In this document: piece by piece, positions 19,778 through 29,559 of the stretch
Layout of the letters: each line of letters starts with the position of its first letter
Position numbering within the stretch: position 1 is the stretch's first letter
Source: a bacterium
Lineage (GTDB): Bacteria; JADJOY01
Length of the DNA: 64,000 nt
NCBI GenBank assembly: GCA_046331705.1
Contig: JAXLQJ010000003.1
Location: forward strand, 62,001 to 126,000
Reading direction: 5' to 3'
Made by a program: the position numbers and the translations under genes
Notes under the pieces: model-generated
Databases searched by the model: none
What the model was told of the DNA's origin: nothing
The model's input: only the letters and a program-made list of their open reading frames with translations

Positions 19778-21978
19778 ACGACCGTGAAGGCGATGGGCTG
19801 CAGGTCGGCGAGGCGCGACGAGGTGCCGACGTGCGCCACGTATTCACCCTTCGCCACCACGAACGCGTGGCGCTCGATGTCCCAGTACCCGAGCTTGTCG
19901 ACGGGCACGTCGATCTCCACCGTGGCGCTCGCGCCCGAATCGACTCGCACCTTTCGGAACCCTCTGAGCTCCCGTACCGGCCTGTCCAGGTCGCTCCTGG
20001 GCGGCTCGACGTAGACCTGCACGACCTCGCTGCCCGCGCGCCCGCCGGTGTTGGTCACGGTGACGGTGATCCGCAACGCATCGCGCGTCCGGACGCGGCT
20101 CGCTGCCACGGCAGGAGCGCTGAGCTCGAAGGTCGTGTACGAGAGCCCGTGGCCGAACGCGAACGCGGGCTCGACGCCGTTGCGGTCGAGGAGACGGTAG
20201 CCGTGATAGCGATCGTAGACCGCCGAATCGCCTGCGGGATCGAACGCCGGCAAATCGGCAGCCGAGCGCGGGAACACGCACGGCAGCTTGCCGCCGGGGC
20301 TTCGTTCGCCGAGCAGAACGGCCGCAAGCGCGCGGCCGCCTTCCATGCCCGGGTACCACGCCACCAAGATGGAGGGGATCGACTCGCGCCATGCCTCGCT
20401 CACGATCGCGCTGCCCGCGATCACCACCGCGACGGTTCGCGGGTTGAGGCGGCTCGCCTCGAGCAACAGCGCTTCGTCCTCGGGACGCAGGGTGAGCGAA
20501 TGGCGATCGCCGCCACCGACGACCAGATTCTCGCCTTCGTCGTCGTGGGTGTAGCCGACCACGGCGATCACCGCGTCCGCTGCGGCGACCGCGTCCTCGT
20601 ATCCCGCGAGCGTCGACGAGGGAACGGCCACGATGTCGGCGTTCGGCAGAGCCTCGCGGATGCCGGCGAGCGGTGAGACGGCGTACGGCGGTCGCACCTC
20701 GCTGCTACCCGAATCACCGAGATTGGGCGCATCGGCGAGCCGACCGACCATCGCCACGCGCCGCAGGTTCGCACTCATGAGCGGCAGGAGCGGCGCAGCG
20801 CTTCCCTGAGGCGGCTCGTTCCGCAGCAGCACCATCGCTTCCACGGCCACTTCGCGGGCGAGCGCCTGGTGCTCGGGTCCGGCGACGGCCGCGGGCTGGT
20901 AGCGCTGCGGCTCGCCGACGGCCGCGAACCGATGCTGCTGGCGAAGCAGCCGGCGGCACGCGTCGTCGAGCCGCGTCCGCGCCACGCGCCCGTCCTCGAC
21001 GGCACGCACCAGCTTGTCCCCGAACTGGAGGGCGAGCGGCATCTCGAGATCGAGACCGGCGTTCATCGCCGCCACGCCGTCGCGGATGCCGAAGATGAAA
21101 TCCGAGAGCACGAAGCCGTCGAAACGCCACTCGTCCTTCAGGATCGCGGTGAGGAGCGTGGGATTCTGCCCACAGTACGCGCCATTCAGCTTGTTGTAGG
21201 CGCTCATCACCGCGGCGGCGCCGGCGTCCACACACGCCTTGAAATGCGGCAGGTACACCTCGTGAAGCGCGCGTTCGTCGATCTGGACGTCGACGTAGAA
21301 GCGCGAGTCCTCGATCGAGTTGCAGGCGAAATGCTTCACGCACGCCATCAGGTGACGCTGGACGCCGCCGAGCAGAGCGACACCCATCGCAGCCGTGAGC
21401 ACCGGATCCTCGCCGTAGCATTCCTGCGCGCGCCCCCACGCCGGATGCCTGAGCAAGTTCACGCACACACCGGCGAAGAGCGTGGCGCCTTCGGTACGCG
21501 CCTCGACGCCGATCGCGTCACCCACCCGCGCCTCGAGCTCCGGGTCCCAGGTGGCGCCGCGCGCCATCGACACCGGAAACGACGTGGAGTGATTCATCAC
21601 CACGCCCCGCGGCCCGTCCGTGAAACGAATCCCTTCGAGACCGCGCTCGGGCAGCTCGCCGCTCACGACGGGGCGCGTGTTGTAGGCGAGCACCGTGTTG
21701 ACGAAGTTCGCGAGGGTGAGCGCGCCGCCCGAGACCAGCGTGGCTTTCTCCGCCACGGAAAGCTCGGCGAGGAGCGCGTCGATGGCGGCGTCGTCGGCAC
21801 CGCCCGAGCCGGCTGCGTGGCCGTCGCCCCCGCACCCGAACGAGCCGAAGGCGTGGCCGGCGCCAGCGAGCGCGGCGAGCCGCAGCAGCGCGCGACGCGT
21901 GAGGCGCTGTGCGTGCCGATCCGTGTCGAACGTCGGGGGATTCGACTCCACGAAGTCCTCCGCGCGCGCCCGAGCCAC
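19774..21978 (-). CDS. GH3 beta-glucosidase with Tat (lipo)protein signal and C-terminal Fn3-like domain
   Basis: LTRRALL..GSFGC, FTDGPRG, WGRAQECYGEDP, KHFACN, VMSAYNK, VLSDF, FGHGLSYT, EVVQVY. The start is uncertain. Confidence 0.92.
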   Translation of the reverse strand: MARARAEDFVESNPPTFDTDRHAQRLTRRALLRLAALAGAGHAFGSFGCGGDGHAAGSGGADDAAIDALLAELSVAEKATLVSGGALTLANFVNTVLAYNTRPVVSGELPERGLEGIRFTDGPRGVVMNHSTSFPVSMARGATWDPELEARVGDAIGVEARTEGATLFAGVCVNLLRHPAWGRAQECYGEDPVLTAAMGVALLGGVQRHLMACVKHFACNSIEDSRFYVDVQIDERALHEVYLPHFKACVDAGAAAVMSAYNKLNGAYCGQNPTLLTAILKDEWRFDGFVLSDFIFGIRDGVAAMNAGLDLEMPLALQFGDKLVRAVEDGRVARTRLDDACRRLLRQQHRFAAVGEPQRYQPAAVAGPEHQALAREVAVEAMVLLRNEPPQGSAAPLLPLMSANLRRVAMVGRLADAPNLGDSGSSEVRPPYAVSPLAGIREALPNADIVAVPSSTLAGYEDAVAAADAVIAVVGYTHDDEGENLVVGGGDRHSLTLRPEDEALLLEASRLNPRTVAVVIAGSAIVSEAWRESIPSILVAWYPGMEGGRALAAVLLGERSPGGKLPCVFPRSAADLPAFDPAGDSAVYDRYHGYRLLDRNGVEPAFAFGHGLSYTTFELSAPAVAASRVRTRDALRITVTVTNTGGRAGSEVVQVYVEPPRSDLDRPVRELRGFRKVRVDSGASATVEIDVPVDKLGYWDIERHAFVVAKGEYVAHVGTSSRLADLQPIAFTVV

Positions 21979-21996
21979 CCGCCAGCGCGCGCCGCC

Positions 21997-23910
21997 TCAA
22001 CCCGGCCAGTCTTCCCAATCCTGGGGAAGGATCGCGTACGAACCCTTGCGCACGTTGGCGAACACCAGCTCCGGCAAGCTGAAGAGCGCGCCGTCGACAC
22101 CGCCGTGCAGCACCGCCCCGCCGTCGAAGGGTGCGGCGAGGATCCCGGCGGCGATCGCGCTCACCCCGACGGCCAGGTTGATCGCACCGAGCACCGGCCG
22201 CGCCGCCACCCGCTCGGAGGTGAAGAACACGAACGGCTCGTCGAACCGACCGCTGGCGTACGAGCGCGCCGAGAACACGTTCGATTCGCGCAGCTCGCGC
22301 CACGCCGCGGTCGGCGACGTCGCCGACGTCGAGCCCGCGCCCTGACGTGCGAGCTGCACCTCGCGAAACGACGGCAACCGCGCTCGCGATGCGATCGGAT
22401 ACGCCGCCGCGACCCGCTGCGCCGAGACCGCGGGAAGGAAGCCGCCCACGGCGTCCGCGTCCACGAGTCCGTCGATGCGCGTCGGCCCGTCGGCGCCTGG
22501 GCCGTCGAGGGTGCGGAACAGCTCGGTGACGCAATTGCGGTCGAAGAGGTCGTAACGGTAGACCCGCTCGATCGCCGCGCGGAGCTCGCCGCGCGCGTGC
22601 GAGGTCTCGGCGAGTCCGCGGGCGCGCTCGTCGGCGCCGAGACGCGGCATCGGCACCGCCGGCGGCCACGCCGCGCGCGTCGGCAACGTCACCTCGGGGA
22701 GTCGACGAACGGGCACGCCCTCGGCGGCGGCCCGCTCGAGCTCGTAGGCCAGGCTCGCGGCCCGCTCGAGGCGGCTCAGATCGGCCTCGTCGAGGCGTTC
22801 GTTCGCGACGAATCGCCGCCGCGCCTCGGCCAGGTCCTGGCGACGTTCCTCCGACACGCGCGCGAGCACCGCGGACGCGCGGCGCGTCACGCTCGCGGGG
22901 ACGATCGGCGCCCCGTCCGCGAACGCATCGAGCACCCGCAGTCGACCGGACGCGAGCGAGGCGTCGATCGCGAGCAGTCGCGCCAGACCGATGAGCAAGG
23001 GCTCGCCCCAGTCCTCGCGACGGGACGAGAAGAGCAGCGGCAGCGTCCGCACCAGCTCACGCGACCACTCCTGCAAGCGCGCGCGCTCCTCGCTCGCCAG
23101 CGGCGAAGAGACCCCGCCCGGCTCCACCAACGCATCCGGCGCGAGCGCACGCGGCGAGCGCAGCAGCTCGAGCGCCAGCCACGCCGTCGCGAGCGTTCGA
23201 TGGCGCTGCGCGAAGCCCGGCTCCCACGCACGGACGCGGCCCGGCGCCACCCAGTCCGCGGCGCCCCCCCGTGGCGCCGGACGCAGCGCCTCGATCGCGG
23301 CCGCGAGCGCCTGCTGACGCTCGGCGATCGCATCGGCACCGAACCGCGCTTCGATCGCCCGCCGTAGCTCGGCGAGCGGCGATTCCCGCTCGCTCGGCGT
23401 GGCGGGCGCCCGGTCTTCGAAGTAGCCGGCGGCGGGAAGGCCCGGCAGCTCCTCGACGAGCGTGGCCCGCGCCTCGGGCTGCGACGCGCCGCTCGACGCT
23501 TCACCCGCGAGCCAAGCCAGCAACCGCTCGTCCTCCGCGAGGCTCGCCTCGTGCTCGAACACGTGCGTCTCGGCGAGCAGACGCAGCTCGAAGCGATCCC
23601 GGACGCGGCGCGCCTCGTCCGCGTCCAGGTCGATCCCCAGCGCCTCGATCGCCCGATTCTCGAGCGCCCGGTAGGTGAGCTCGAAACTCGCGGAGTCGGT
23701 GCGGTGAAGCCGGATCGTGCCGTCTTCGTGGTGCTGGAAGTGGTAAGTCGAATCGCCGGCGCGCAGCGCGACGTGGCCGCCGCTCGACGAACCCGAGTTG
23801 GGCTCGATCACCAGGTAGTCGAGCGGCGCGGCGAACGCCAGCCGCGGCGCGCTGGTCACGACCAACGCGAGCGCGGCGATCGCGCTCGTCGCGCGCACGC
23901 GGCTCGCCAC
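21997..23910 (-). CDS. Secreted hypothetical protein with permuted papain-like (DUF4105/Lnb-like) His and Cys motifs
   Basis: Signal peptide, then SGGHVALR near the N-terminus and YRYDLFDRNCVTEL far downstream. Confidence 0.6.
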   Translation of the reverse strand: MASRVRATSAIAALALVVTSAPRLAFAAPLDYLVIEPNSGSSSGGHVALRAGDSTYHFQHHEDGTIRLHRTDSASFELTYRALENRAIEALGIDLDADEARRVRDRFELRLLAETHVFEHEASLAEDERLLAWLAGEASSGASQPEARATLVEELPGLPAAGYFEDRAPATPSERESPLAELRRAIEARFGADAIAERQQALAAAIEALRPAPRGGAADWVAPGRVRAWEPGFAQRHRTLATAWLALELLRSPRALAPDALVEPGGVSSPLASEERARLQEWSRELVRTLPLLFSSRREDWGEPLLIGLARLLAIDASLASGRLRVLDAFADGAPIVPASVTRRASAVLARVSEERRQDLAEARRRFVANERLDEADLSRLERAASLAYELERAAAEGVPVRRLPEVTLPTRAAWPPAVPMPRLGADERARGLAETSHARGELRAAIERVYRYDLFDRNCVTELFRTLDGPGADGPTRIDGLVDADAVGGFLPAVSAQRVAAAYPIASRARLPSFREVQLARQGAGSTSATSPTAAWRELRESNVFSARSYASGRFDEPFVFFTSERVAARPVLGAINLAVGVSAIAAGILAAPFDGGAVLHGGVDGALFSLPELVFANVRKGSYAILPQDWEDWPG

Positions 23911-23915
23911 CGCGC

Positions 23916-24338
23916 TCAGCCCTTGTAGCCCTTCTGGATCCAGACCTGTTGCTCGCCCGTGGGCGCCAACACCTGCACGAAAGCGTCGAGCTCGGTCTTC
24001 GAGTAGCCGGCCGCCGCGAGCCCCTGGCCGATGCCGCGATAGGTCGCCTCGCTCGCCTCCCAATTGCTGATGCCGTGCTTCGCCGCGATCTTGCCGATCT
24101 CGGGGCGAAGCGCCGCGGCCGTGCCGCCCGCCTTCACGTGCGCCTTGGTGAAGTCGCGGACCTCCTCGCGATACGCGATCTCGGGGCTGCTCGATCGCGA
24201 CCACGAGGTGATCGGGCTGGACACGATGTCGGAGACGGCCGCCGAGCTGGCGGAGAACGACTCGCACCCCGAGGAGGAAAACGTCACGAGCGTTGCGAGC
24301 GCGAACGCTGCGCGGGTGCGCCGTGCGGCGGATGACAT
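23916..24338 (-). CDS. Small putative lipoprotein with Ser-rich linker, resembling a Leptospira-type putative lipoprotein family
   Basis: GGAGG RBS, lipobox-like FSSSGC, IAAKHGISNWE....TYRGIGQGL..AG. Confidence 0.7.
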   Translation of the reverse strand: MSSAARRTRAAFALATLVTFSSSGCESFSASSAAVSDIVSSPITSWSRSSSPEIAYREEVRDFTKAHVKAGGTAAALRPEIGKIAAKHGISNWEASEATYRGIGQGLAAAGYSKTELDAFVQVLAPTGEQQVWIQKGYKG

Positions 24339-24602
24339 GCGGACCTCCAGTGCGGGACGGAGCCCGCGATCGGGTGTTCGGGACACGTACCACGCGGCCG
24401 ATTCCATTTCCACACCGACCGCGCGCCTCGGAGTGCGATCATCCACGTCCCTGGATCGTGGCGCCCGCGGCGATAGCGCCGTTTCCACCGCACGGCTTTG
24501 CTCGCGGCGCAGCGACCGAAAAGCGCTGGCGCGAGCAGAAGCGCCGCCTGTAACATCGCCTGCGGCGTGCCCCACCGCGGTCGATCCGAGAGGTGCGCAG
24601 CC

Positions 24603-26123
24603 ATGCCGACCATCCGTCTCGCACGCCTCGTGGGCGTGCTCCTGGCGGTATCCACCCAGCTCGTGCGCCTGGCGCGAGCCGAGCCCGGGCCCGCGACCAG
24701 CGCGGCCCACACGGCGACGCCGGAGACGAGTCAGCGAGCGCGCGCCTTGCCGCTCGTCAACACACCGTGGACGGGCGACTTCGAGCAGATGCTCGAGCGG
24801 CGGATGATCCGGGTGCTGGTCCCGTACAGCCGCTCGCTCTACTTCAACGACAGGGGGCGCGAGCGCGGCGTCACCGCCGATCTCGTCCGGGAGTTCGAGC
24901 AGCAGCTGAACCGGATCCACGCGGCGCGGCTCGCGAAGCGACCGATCACGGTCGTCCTGATCCCCACCACCCGCGACCGCTTGCTGCCGGGGCTGGTCGA
25001 AGGTCTGGGCGACATCGCCGCCGGCAACCTCACGGTGACCGAGACTCGCCTCGACGTCGCCGATTTCCACGTGCTCCCTCACCAACCCGAGATCCGCGAG
25101 CTGGTGGTGACGAGCGCGCGGGCACCCGCCGTGGAGACCGCCGAGGATCTCGCGGGCAGGCGCGTGCACGTGCGTCGCTCGAGCAGCTACTACGAGAGCC
25201 TGGTCGCGCTGAATCAGCGGCTCGTGGCCGCGGGCAAGCCGCCCGCCGAGCTGATGCTCGTCCCGGACGCGCTCGAGGACGAGGACATGATGGAGATGGT
25301 GAACGCCGGGCTGCTCGAGACGATCGTCGTGGACGATTGGAAGGCGAGGATGTGGGCCACGGTGCTGCCCTCGATCGTCGTCCACGAGCACGCGGTGTTG
25401 CGCAGCGGCGCGCGGATCGGCTGGGCGTATCGCAAAGGCAGCACAGAGCTCGCGGAGGCCTTCCGCGCCTGCGACGAAGCGTTCGGCAAGCAGCAAGCGT
25501 CGCTCGGCTATCGCCACGCGCAGTACCTGAAGCGCATCCAGCAGATCCGGAACAACGCGGGCGACGCCGAGCGCCGGCGCTTCGAGGCCCTGATCGAGCT
25601 CTTTCGACGGCACGGTGCCGCGTACCGCTTCGACCCGCTGATGCTCGCCGCGCAGGGCTTTCAGGAATCGCGGCTGCGGCAAGAGGTGCGCAGCCGCGTC
25701 GGCGCGATCGGCGTGATGCAGCTCATGCCAGCCACCGGTCGCGAGATGAACGTCGGCAACATCGTCGAGGTGGAACCCAACGTGCATGCCGGAGCCAAGT
25801 ACATGGACCGCCTCATGACGCGCTACTTCGGGGACGCGAGCTTCGACGAGACGAACCGCACGCTGTTCGCGTTCGCGGCGTACAACGCGGGTCCCCGGCG
25901 CATCCAGCAGATGCGCGACGAAGCGGCGAAGCGGGGGCTGAACCCCGACGAATGGTTCAACAACGTCGAGATCGTGACGGGCGAGAAGGTCGGACTCGAG
26001 ACGACGACCTACGTGCGGAACATCTACAAGTACTACGCGGCGTACAAGCTCTTGACCGACGCCGAGGCCGAGCGGCGCCGTGCGCGCGATGCCCTCGCCA
26101 CCGGCGGCGGGAGCGCACCATGA
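24603..26123 (+). CDS. MltF-family lytic transglycosylase (SBP_bac_3 domain plus SLT domain)
   Basis: GDIAAGNLTVT; SLT motifs QGFQESRL, GVMQLMP, AAYNAG, ETTTYV. Confidence 0.9.
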   Translation: MPTIRLARLVGVLLAVSTQLVRLARAEPGPATSAAHTATPETSQRARALPLVNTPWTGDFEQMLERRMIRVLVPYSRSLYFNDRGRERGVTADLVREFEQQLNRIHAARLAKRPITVVLIPTTRDRLLPGLVEGLGDIAAGNLTVTETRLDVADFHVLPHQPEIRELVVTSARAPAVETAEDLAGRRVHVRRSSSYYESLVALNQRLVAAGKPPAELMLVPDALEDEDMMEMVNAGLLETIVVDDWKARMWATVLPSIVVHEHAVLRSGARIGWAYRKGSTELAEAFRACDEAFGKQQASLGYRHAQYLKRIQQIRNNAGDAERRRFEALIELFRRHGAAYRFDPLMLAAQGFQESRLRQEVRSRVGAIGVMQLMPATGREMNVGNIVEVEPNVHAGAKYMDRLMTRYFGDASFDETNRTLFAFAAYNAGPRRIQQMRDEAAKRGLNPDEWFNNVEIVTGEKVGLETTTYVRNIYKYYAAYKLLTDAEAERRRARDALATGGGSAP

Positions 26124-26208
26124 CCTTGCCCGAACGTCGATCGATCGTCCGCGCCGCGACGGGTGCGAATCGCCATCGCGCCGCGCGCGTCACCTGGCGA
26201 CCCGCCTC

Positions 26209-27690
26209 ATGACGGAAACACAGGGAACCCGCGCATCGGGCGGCGCACGGCGGCCGCGGGTGGCGGTGATCGGCGCAGGCATGTCGGGGCTGCTCGCGGG
26301 GATCAAGCTCGCCGACGCGGGCATCCCGGACTTCACGATCTTCGAGAAGGCCCACGACGTGGGCGGCACCTGGCGCGAGAACCGCTATCCCGGGCTCACC
26401 TGCGACGTCCCTTCGCTGCTCTACTCGTACTCGTTCGCGCTCGGCACCGAGTGGACGCGGCGCTATCCCGCCGGGCCCGAGATCCAGGCGTATTTCCGCG
26501 GCATCGCCGAGAAGCACGACTTGCTGCCGCGCATCCGCTTCCGGTCGGAGGTGGTGGAGGCGGTTCGCACGCGCGGGGTGTGGCGGCTCACGCTCGGCGA
26601 CGGCTCGACCCACGACGCGGATTTCGTGATCGCGGCGTGCGGCTTCCTGCACCGTCCACGCAATCCCGACATCGAGGGGCTCGACAGCTTCGCGGGTGCC
26701 GCCTTCCACAGCGCGCGCTGGCCCGACGGGCTCGATCTCAGCGGAAAGCGCGTGGGCGTGATCGGCACCGGCTCGACCGCGGCGCAGGTGATCCCGGAGC
26801 TGGCACGGATCGCAGCGCGCCTGACGGTCTTCCAGCGCACCGCGCAGTGGGTGTTTCCGGCGCCGAACCCGGTGTTCGGCGAGGCCGCGCGGGCCCGCTT
26901 CCGGCGCCACCCCCGGCTCCTGCGCTTGCGCTACCAGCTGTGGCGGATCGGCTTCGAGATGGGGGCGCACGCGCTGCTCGGCAATCGGCCGCTGCTGGCG
27001 TGGATCGACTGGCGCTGCCGCCGCAACCTCGCGCAAGTCCGCGATCCCGCGCTGCGCGCCAAGCTCACGCCCACCTACCGCGCCGGCTGCAAGCGGCTGG
27101 TGATCTCGGAGGCGTTCTACCCGGCGATGCAGCGCGAGAACGTGGAGCTCGTCACCGAGCCCATCGCGCGCATCCGTCCCGAGGGCGTCGAGACGTGCGA
27201 CGGCACGCTTCGCGGGCTCGATGCGCTGGTGCTGGCGACCGGATTCGACGCGCACGCCTACGTTCGCCCGATGCGCGTCGTGAACGAGAGCGGGCTCACC
27301 GTCGACGAGCTCTGGAAGGACGGGGTCCACGGCTACCGCACCGTGGCGCTGCCGAGCTTCCCGAACTTCTTCCTGGTGTGCGGCCCGCACAGCCCCATCG
27401 GCAACTACTCGGTGATCACCGTCTCCGAGGTGCAGGTCGGGTACATCGTGCGTTGCATCGAGCTCTTCCGGCGCGGCGTGCTGACGAGCCTGGCGCCGAC
27501 CGCCGCGGCGACACACGCCTTCAACGCGTCGTTGCGAGGCGCCCTCGCCGGCACCGTGTGGGTCAGCGGCTGCAAGAGCTGGTACCTGGACGAGCACGGC
27601 GTGCCGGTGCTCTGGCCGTGGCCGATCGCCGAGCTGCGTCGCCAGCTGCGTGAGCCCGATCTCGCCGAGTTCGAGGTGGTGCGCGGGTGA
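26209..27690 (+). CDS. Flavin-containing monooxygenase (Baeyer-Villiger type)
   Basis: GAGMSG, GGTWRENRYPGLTCD, fingerprint FAGAAFHSARW, GTGSTA, ATGF. Confidence 0.93.
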   Translation: MTETQGTRASGGARRPRVAVIGAGMSGLLAGIKLADAGIPDFTIFEKAHDVGGTWRENRYPGLTCDVPSLLYSYSFALGTEWTRRYPAGPEIQAYFRGIAEKHDLLPRIRFRSEVVEAVRTRGVWRLTLGDGSTHDADFVIAACGFLHRPRNPDIEGLDSFAGAAFHSARWPDGLDLSGKRVGVIGTGSTAAQVIPELARIAARLTVFQRTAQWVFPAPNPVFGEAARARFRRHPRLLRLRYQLWRIGFEMGAHALLGNRPLLAWIDWRCRRNLAQVRDPALRAKLTPTYRAGCKRLVISEAFYPAMQRENVELVTEPIARIRPEGVETCDGTLRGLDALVLATGFDAHAYVRPMRVVNESGLTVDELWKDGVHGYRTVALPSFPNFFLVCGPHSPIGNYSVITVSEVQVGYIVRCIELFRRGVLTSLAPTAAATHAFNASLRGALAGTVWVSGCKSWYLDEHGVPVLWPWPIAELRRQLREPDLAEFEVVRG

Positions 27691-27699
27691 ACGCCCGCC

Positions 27700-28635
27700 T
27701 CACGCGGGCGGGATGCCGTAGTCCTCGCGGACCTGGGCCAAGGGGAGGCTGGTCACGGAGAACGGGTCCCAGTGATCGCCGAGATCCACCTTGCACGCTG
27801 CACCCCGCTGCGCCGCGCGCAGCACCTTGGCCACGTCGAAGAGCCCGGTTTCGGCCTGAGCGACGGGCGTCAGCCGGATCCCGATGTGGAACTGGATCAC
27901 CGCGAACAGCAAGAACGTGAACCCGTCCTGGCGCGTGAAGCCCGCCTGGAACGCGCCCTGCTGGATCTCGCCAGGCGCGTCGGTGTCGTAGCCGGAGAGC
28001 ACGTGACCGAAATCGTGAAACACCATCCGCTCCGGCAATCCGCCCTTCTCGCCGGGGAACGCGAATCTTCGGCGCGTGCAATGTTCCCAGAAGACGCGGC
28101 CGAAGGTGCCCTCGGGCAGCAGCCCGAGGGATTTGTAGCGCCACGCGACCTCGGGGTTCTCGGCGCCGGTCAAGGGCGCGAGCATCTTGCGCACCCCGGC
28201 GAAGCCCTCTTCCTCGAGCACTTTCGGCCCGATGTTCCCCATCATGCGGCGAACCATGTCGAAGCGGGTCGCCAGCCGATGGCCCGCGGCGAGATCCGCG
28301 ATGACCTTCAAGCCGCGCTCGTCCACACCCAGCGCGTCGGCCAAGGCGTCGACCGCGGCGCGTCCTTCGGGTCGAACCTCGCCCTCGACCATCGCGGCGA
28401 TCAGCGCGAGCTGCACCACGCGCTTGCGCTGGTGCGGGTCCTCGATGACCCGCGCCACCTCGGCGCCGGCGATCGGCGCGAGGGTGCTCACGTCGACGCG
28501 GCTCCCGTGCAGCTCGCCGATCACCTCCAGGAAACGCCGCTCGGCCTCCGTCACGACGCCGTTGCTGGCCATCACCCCGAACAAGGCGCGCAGCGCGTGC
28601 GGCAACGCCTCCCCGCTCAACACCGCCAGGTCCAT
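27700..28635 (-). CDS. TerB-like N-terminal domain fused to a Coq4-like metal-binding domain
   Basis: SNGVVTEAERRFL (TerB-like); LPEGTFGR and HDFGHVLSGYDTDAPGE (Coq4-type HDxxH...E). Confidence 0.7.
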   Translation of the reverse strand: MDLAVLSGEALPHALRALFGVMASNGVVTEAERRFLEVIGELHGSRVDVSTLAPIAGAEVARVIEDPHQRKRVVQLALIAAMVEGEVRPEGRAAVDALADALGVDERGLKVIADLAAGHRLATRFDMVRRMMGNIGPKVLEEEGFAGVRKMLAPLTGAENPEVAWRYKSLGLLPEGTFGRVFWEHCTRRRFAFPGEKGGLPERMVFHDFGHVLSGYDTDAPGEIQQGAFQAGFTRQDGFTFLLFAVIQFHIGIRLTPVAQAETGLFDVAKVLRAAQRGAACKVDLGDHWDPFSVTSLPLAQVREDYGIPPA

Positions 28636-28754
28636 CGAAGCCCCCCCAACCGTGCAGCGCACGGAATCCGGCGCAGCAGCCTTTCCCGAAGACGCGGCGC
28701 ACCGCAACGGTTGGACATCGCTCCGGGTGGGCCGCGCGGGCCGCTGGCGGCGAC

Positions 28755-28769
28755 GCATCGGATGTGCCA
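28755..28769 (-). promoter_or_regulatory. Candidate sigma54 promoter for the TerB/Coq4-like gene
   Basis: TGGCACATCCGATGC (GG-N10-GC), intergenic, about 120 nt upstream of the ATG. Confidence 0.4.
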
Positions 28770-28809
28770 CACCGCGTCGGACGACGCGGCGCCCCAAGGA
28801 GGTGGAGTG

Positions 28810-29538
28810 ATGACGAAGCGAGCCCGAGCGTTCGGGATGAGCATGGCGATCGCGCTGACGCTGGGCTGCGGCGAATCGACCGGCGGCGGTGGCGGCGTCG
28901 CCTCGCTCAGCGGCGACGCGATCCCGTTCAACGTGAGCCCGGACGCGCGGGTCCCGGGTGCCACGATCTCGATCCTCGAGCACCCGGAGATGAGCCTGGT
29001 CACCGGCGCCGACGGCCACTTCGCGTTCGACGGGCTCGCCGTGGGCAGCGACGCCACGGTCGTCCTCGAGCATCCCGGCTACCACCGCATCCAAACCGGC
29101 ACCCTGCGCCTTGGCGCTGCGGGCGCGGACCGCGTCACGTTCCAGGCGGTGGATCCGCTCACGTACTGGGGCATGGGGTTGCTCATCGGCATGATCCCGG
29201 ACGAGCGCAACCGCTGCCAGATGGTCACCACCGTCACGCGCGTGGGGAAATCGCTCTACGACGAAGGCGCCCACGGCGAGGCCGGCGCGACCGTGACCCT
29301 CGATCCGCCGCTCTCGCCCGAGCACGGCCCGATCTACTTCGGCTCGAACGTGCTGCCCGATCCCACGCTCACCGAGACCAGCGACGACGGCGGCGTCCTC
29401 TTCGTCCAGGTGCCGCCTGGCGAATACACCTGGACGGCCACCAAGCCCGGCGTGCGCTTCGCGCAGGTGCGGATGAAATGCCGCGCCGGGTGGCTGGTGA
29501 ACGCGTCGCCGCCGTGGGGCTTGCAAGCGCTCGACTGA
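28810..29538 (+). CDS. Lipoprotein with carboxypeptidase-regulatory-like (prealbumin-fold) domains
   Basis: Lipobox LTLGC; VPGATISI...TGADGHFAFDGL; GEAGATV..., F..VPPGEYT. Confidence 0.7.
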   Translation: MTKRARAFGMSMAIALTLGCGESTGGGGGVASLSGDAIPFNVSPDARVPGATISILEHPEMSLVTGADGHFAFDGLAVGSDATVVLEHPGYHRIQTGTLRLGAAGADRVTFQAVDPLTYWGMGLLIGMIPDERNRCQMVTTVTRVGKSLYDEGAHGEAGATVTLDPPLSPEHGPIYFGSNVLPDPTLTETSDDGGVLFVQVPPGEYTWTATKPGVRFAQVRMKCRAGWLVNASPPWGLQALD

Positions 29539-29559
29539 GCGCACCGCCGGCGTCGTCGG

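Noticed and set aside
24487-24502. Sigma54-like element upstream of the MltF-like gene (CCGCACGGCTTTGCT)
   Set aside because: There is no GG at -24 and the spacing is off by one.
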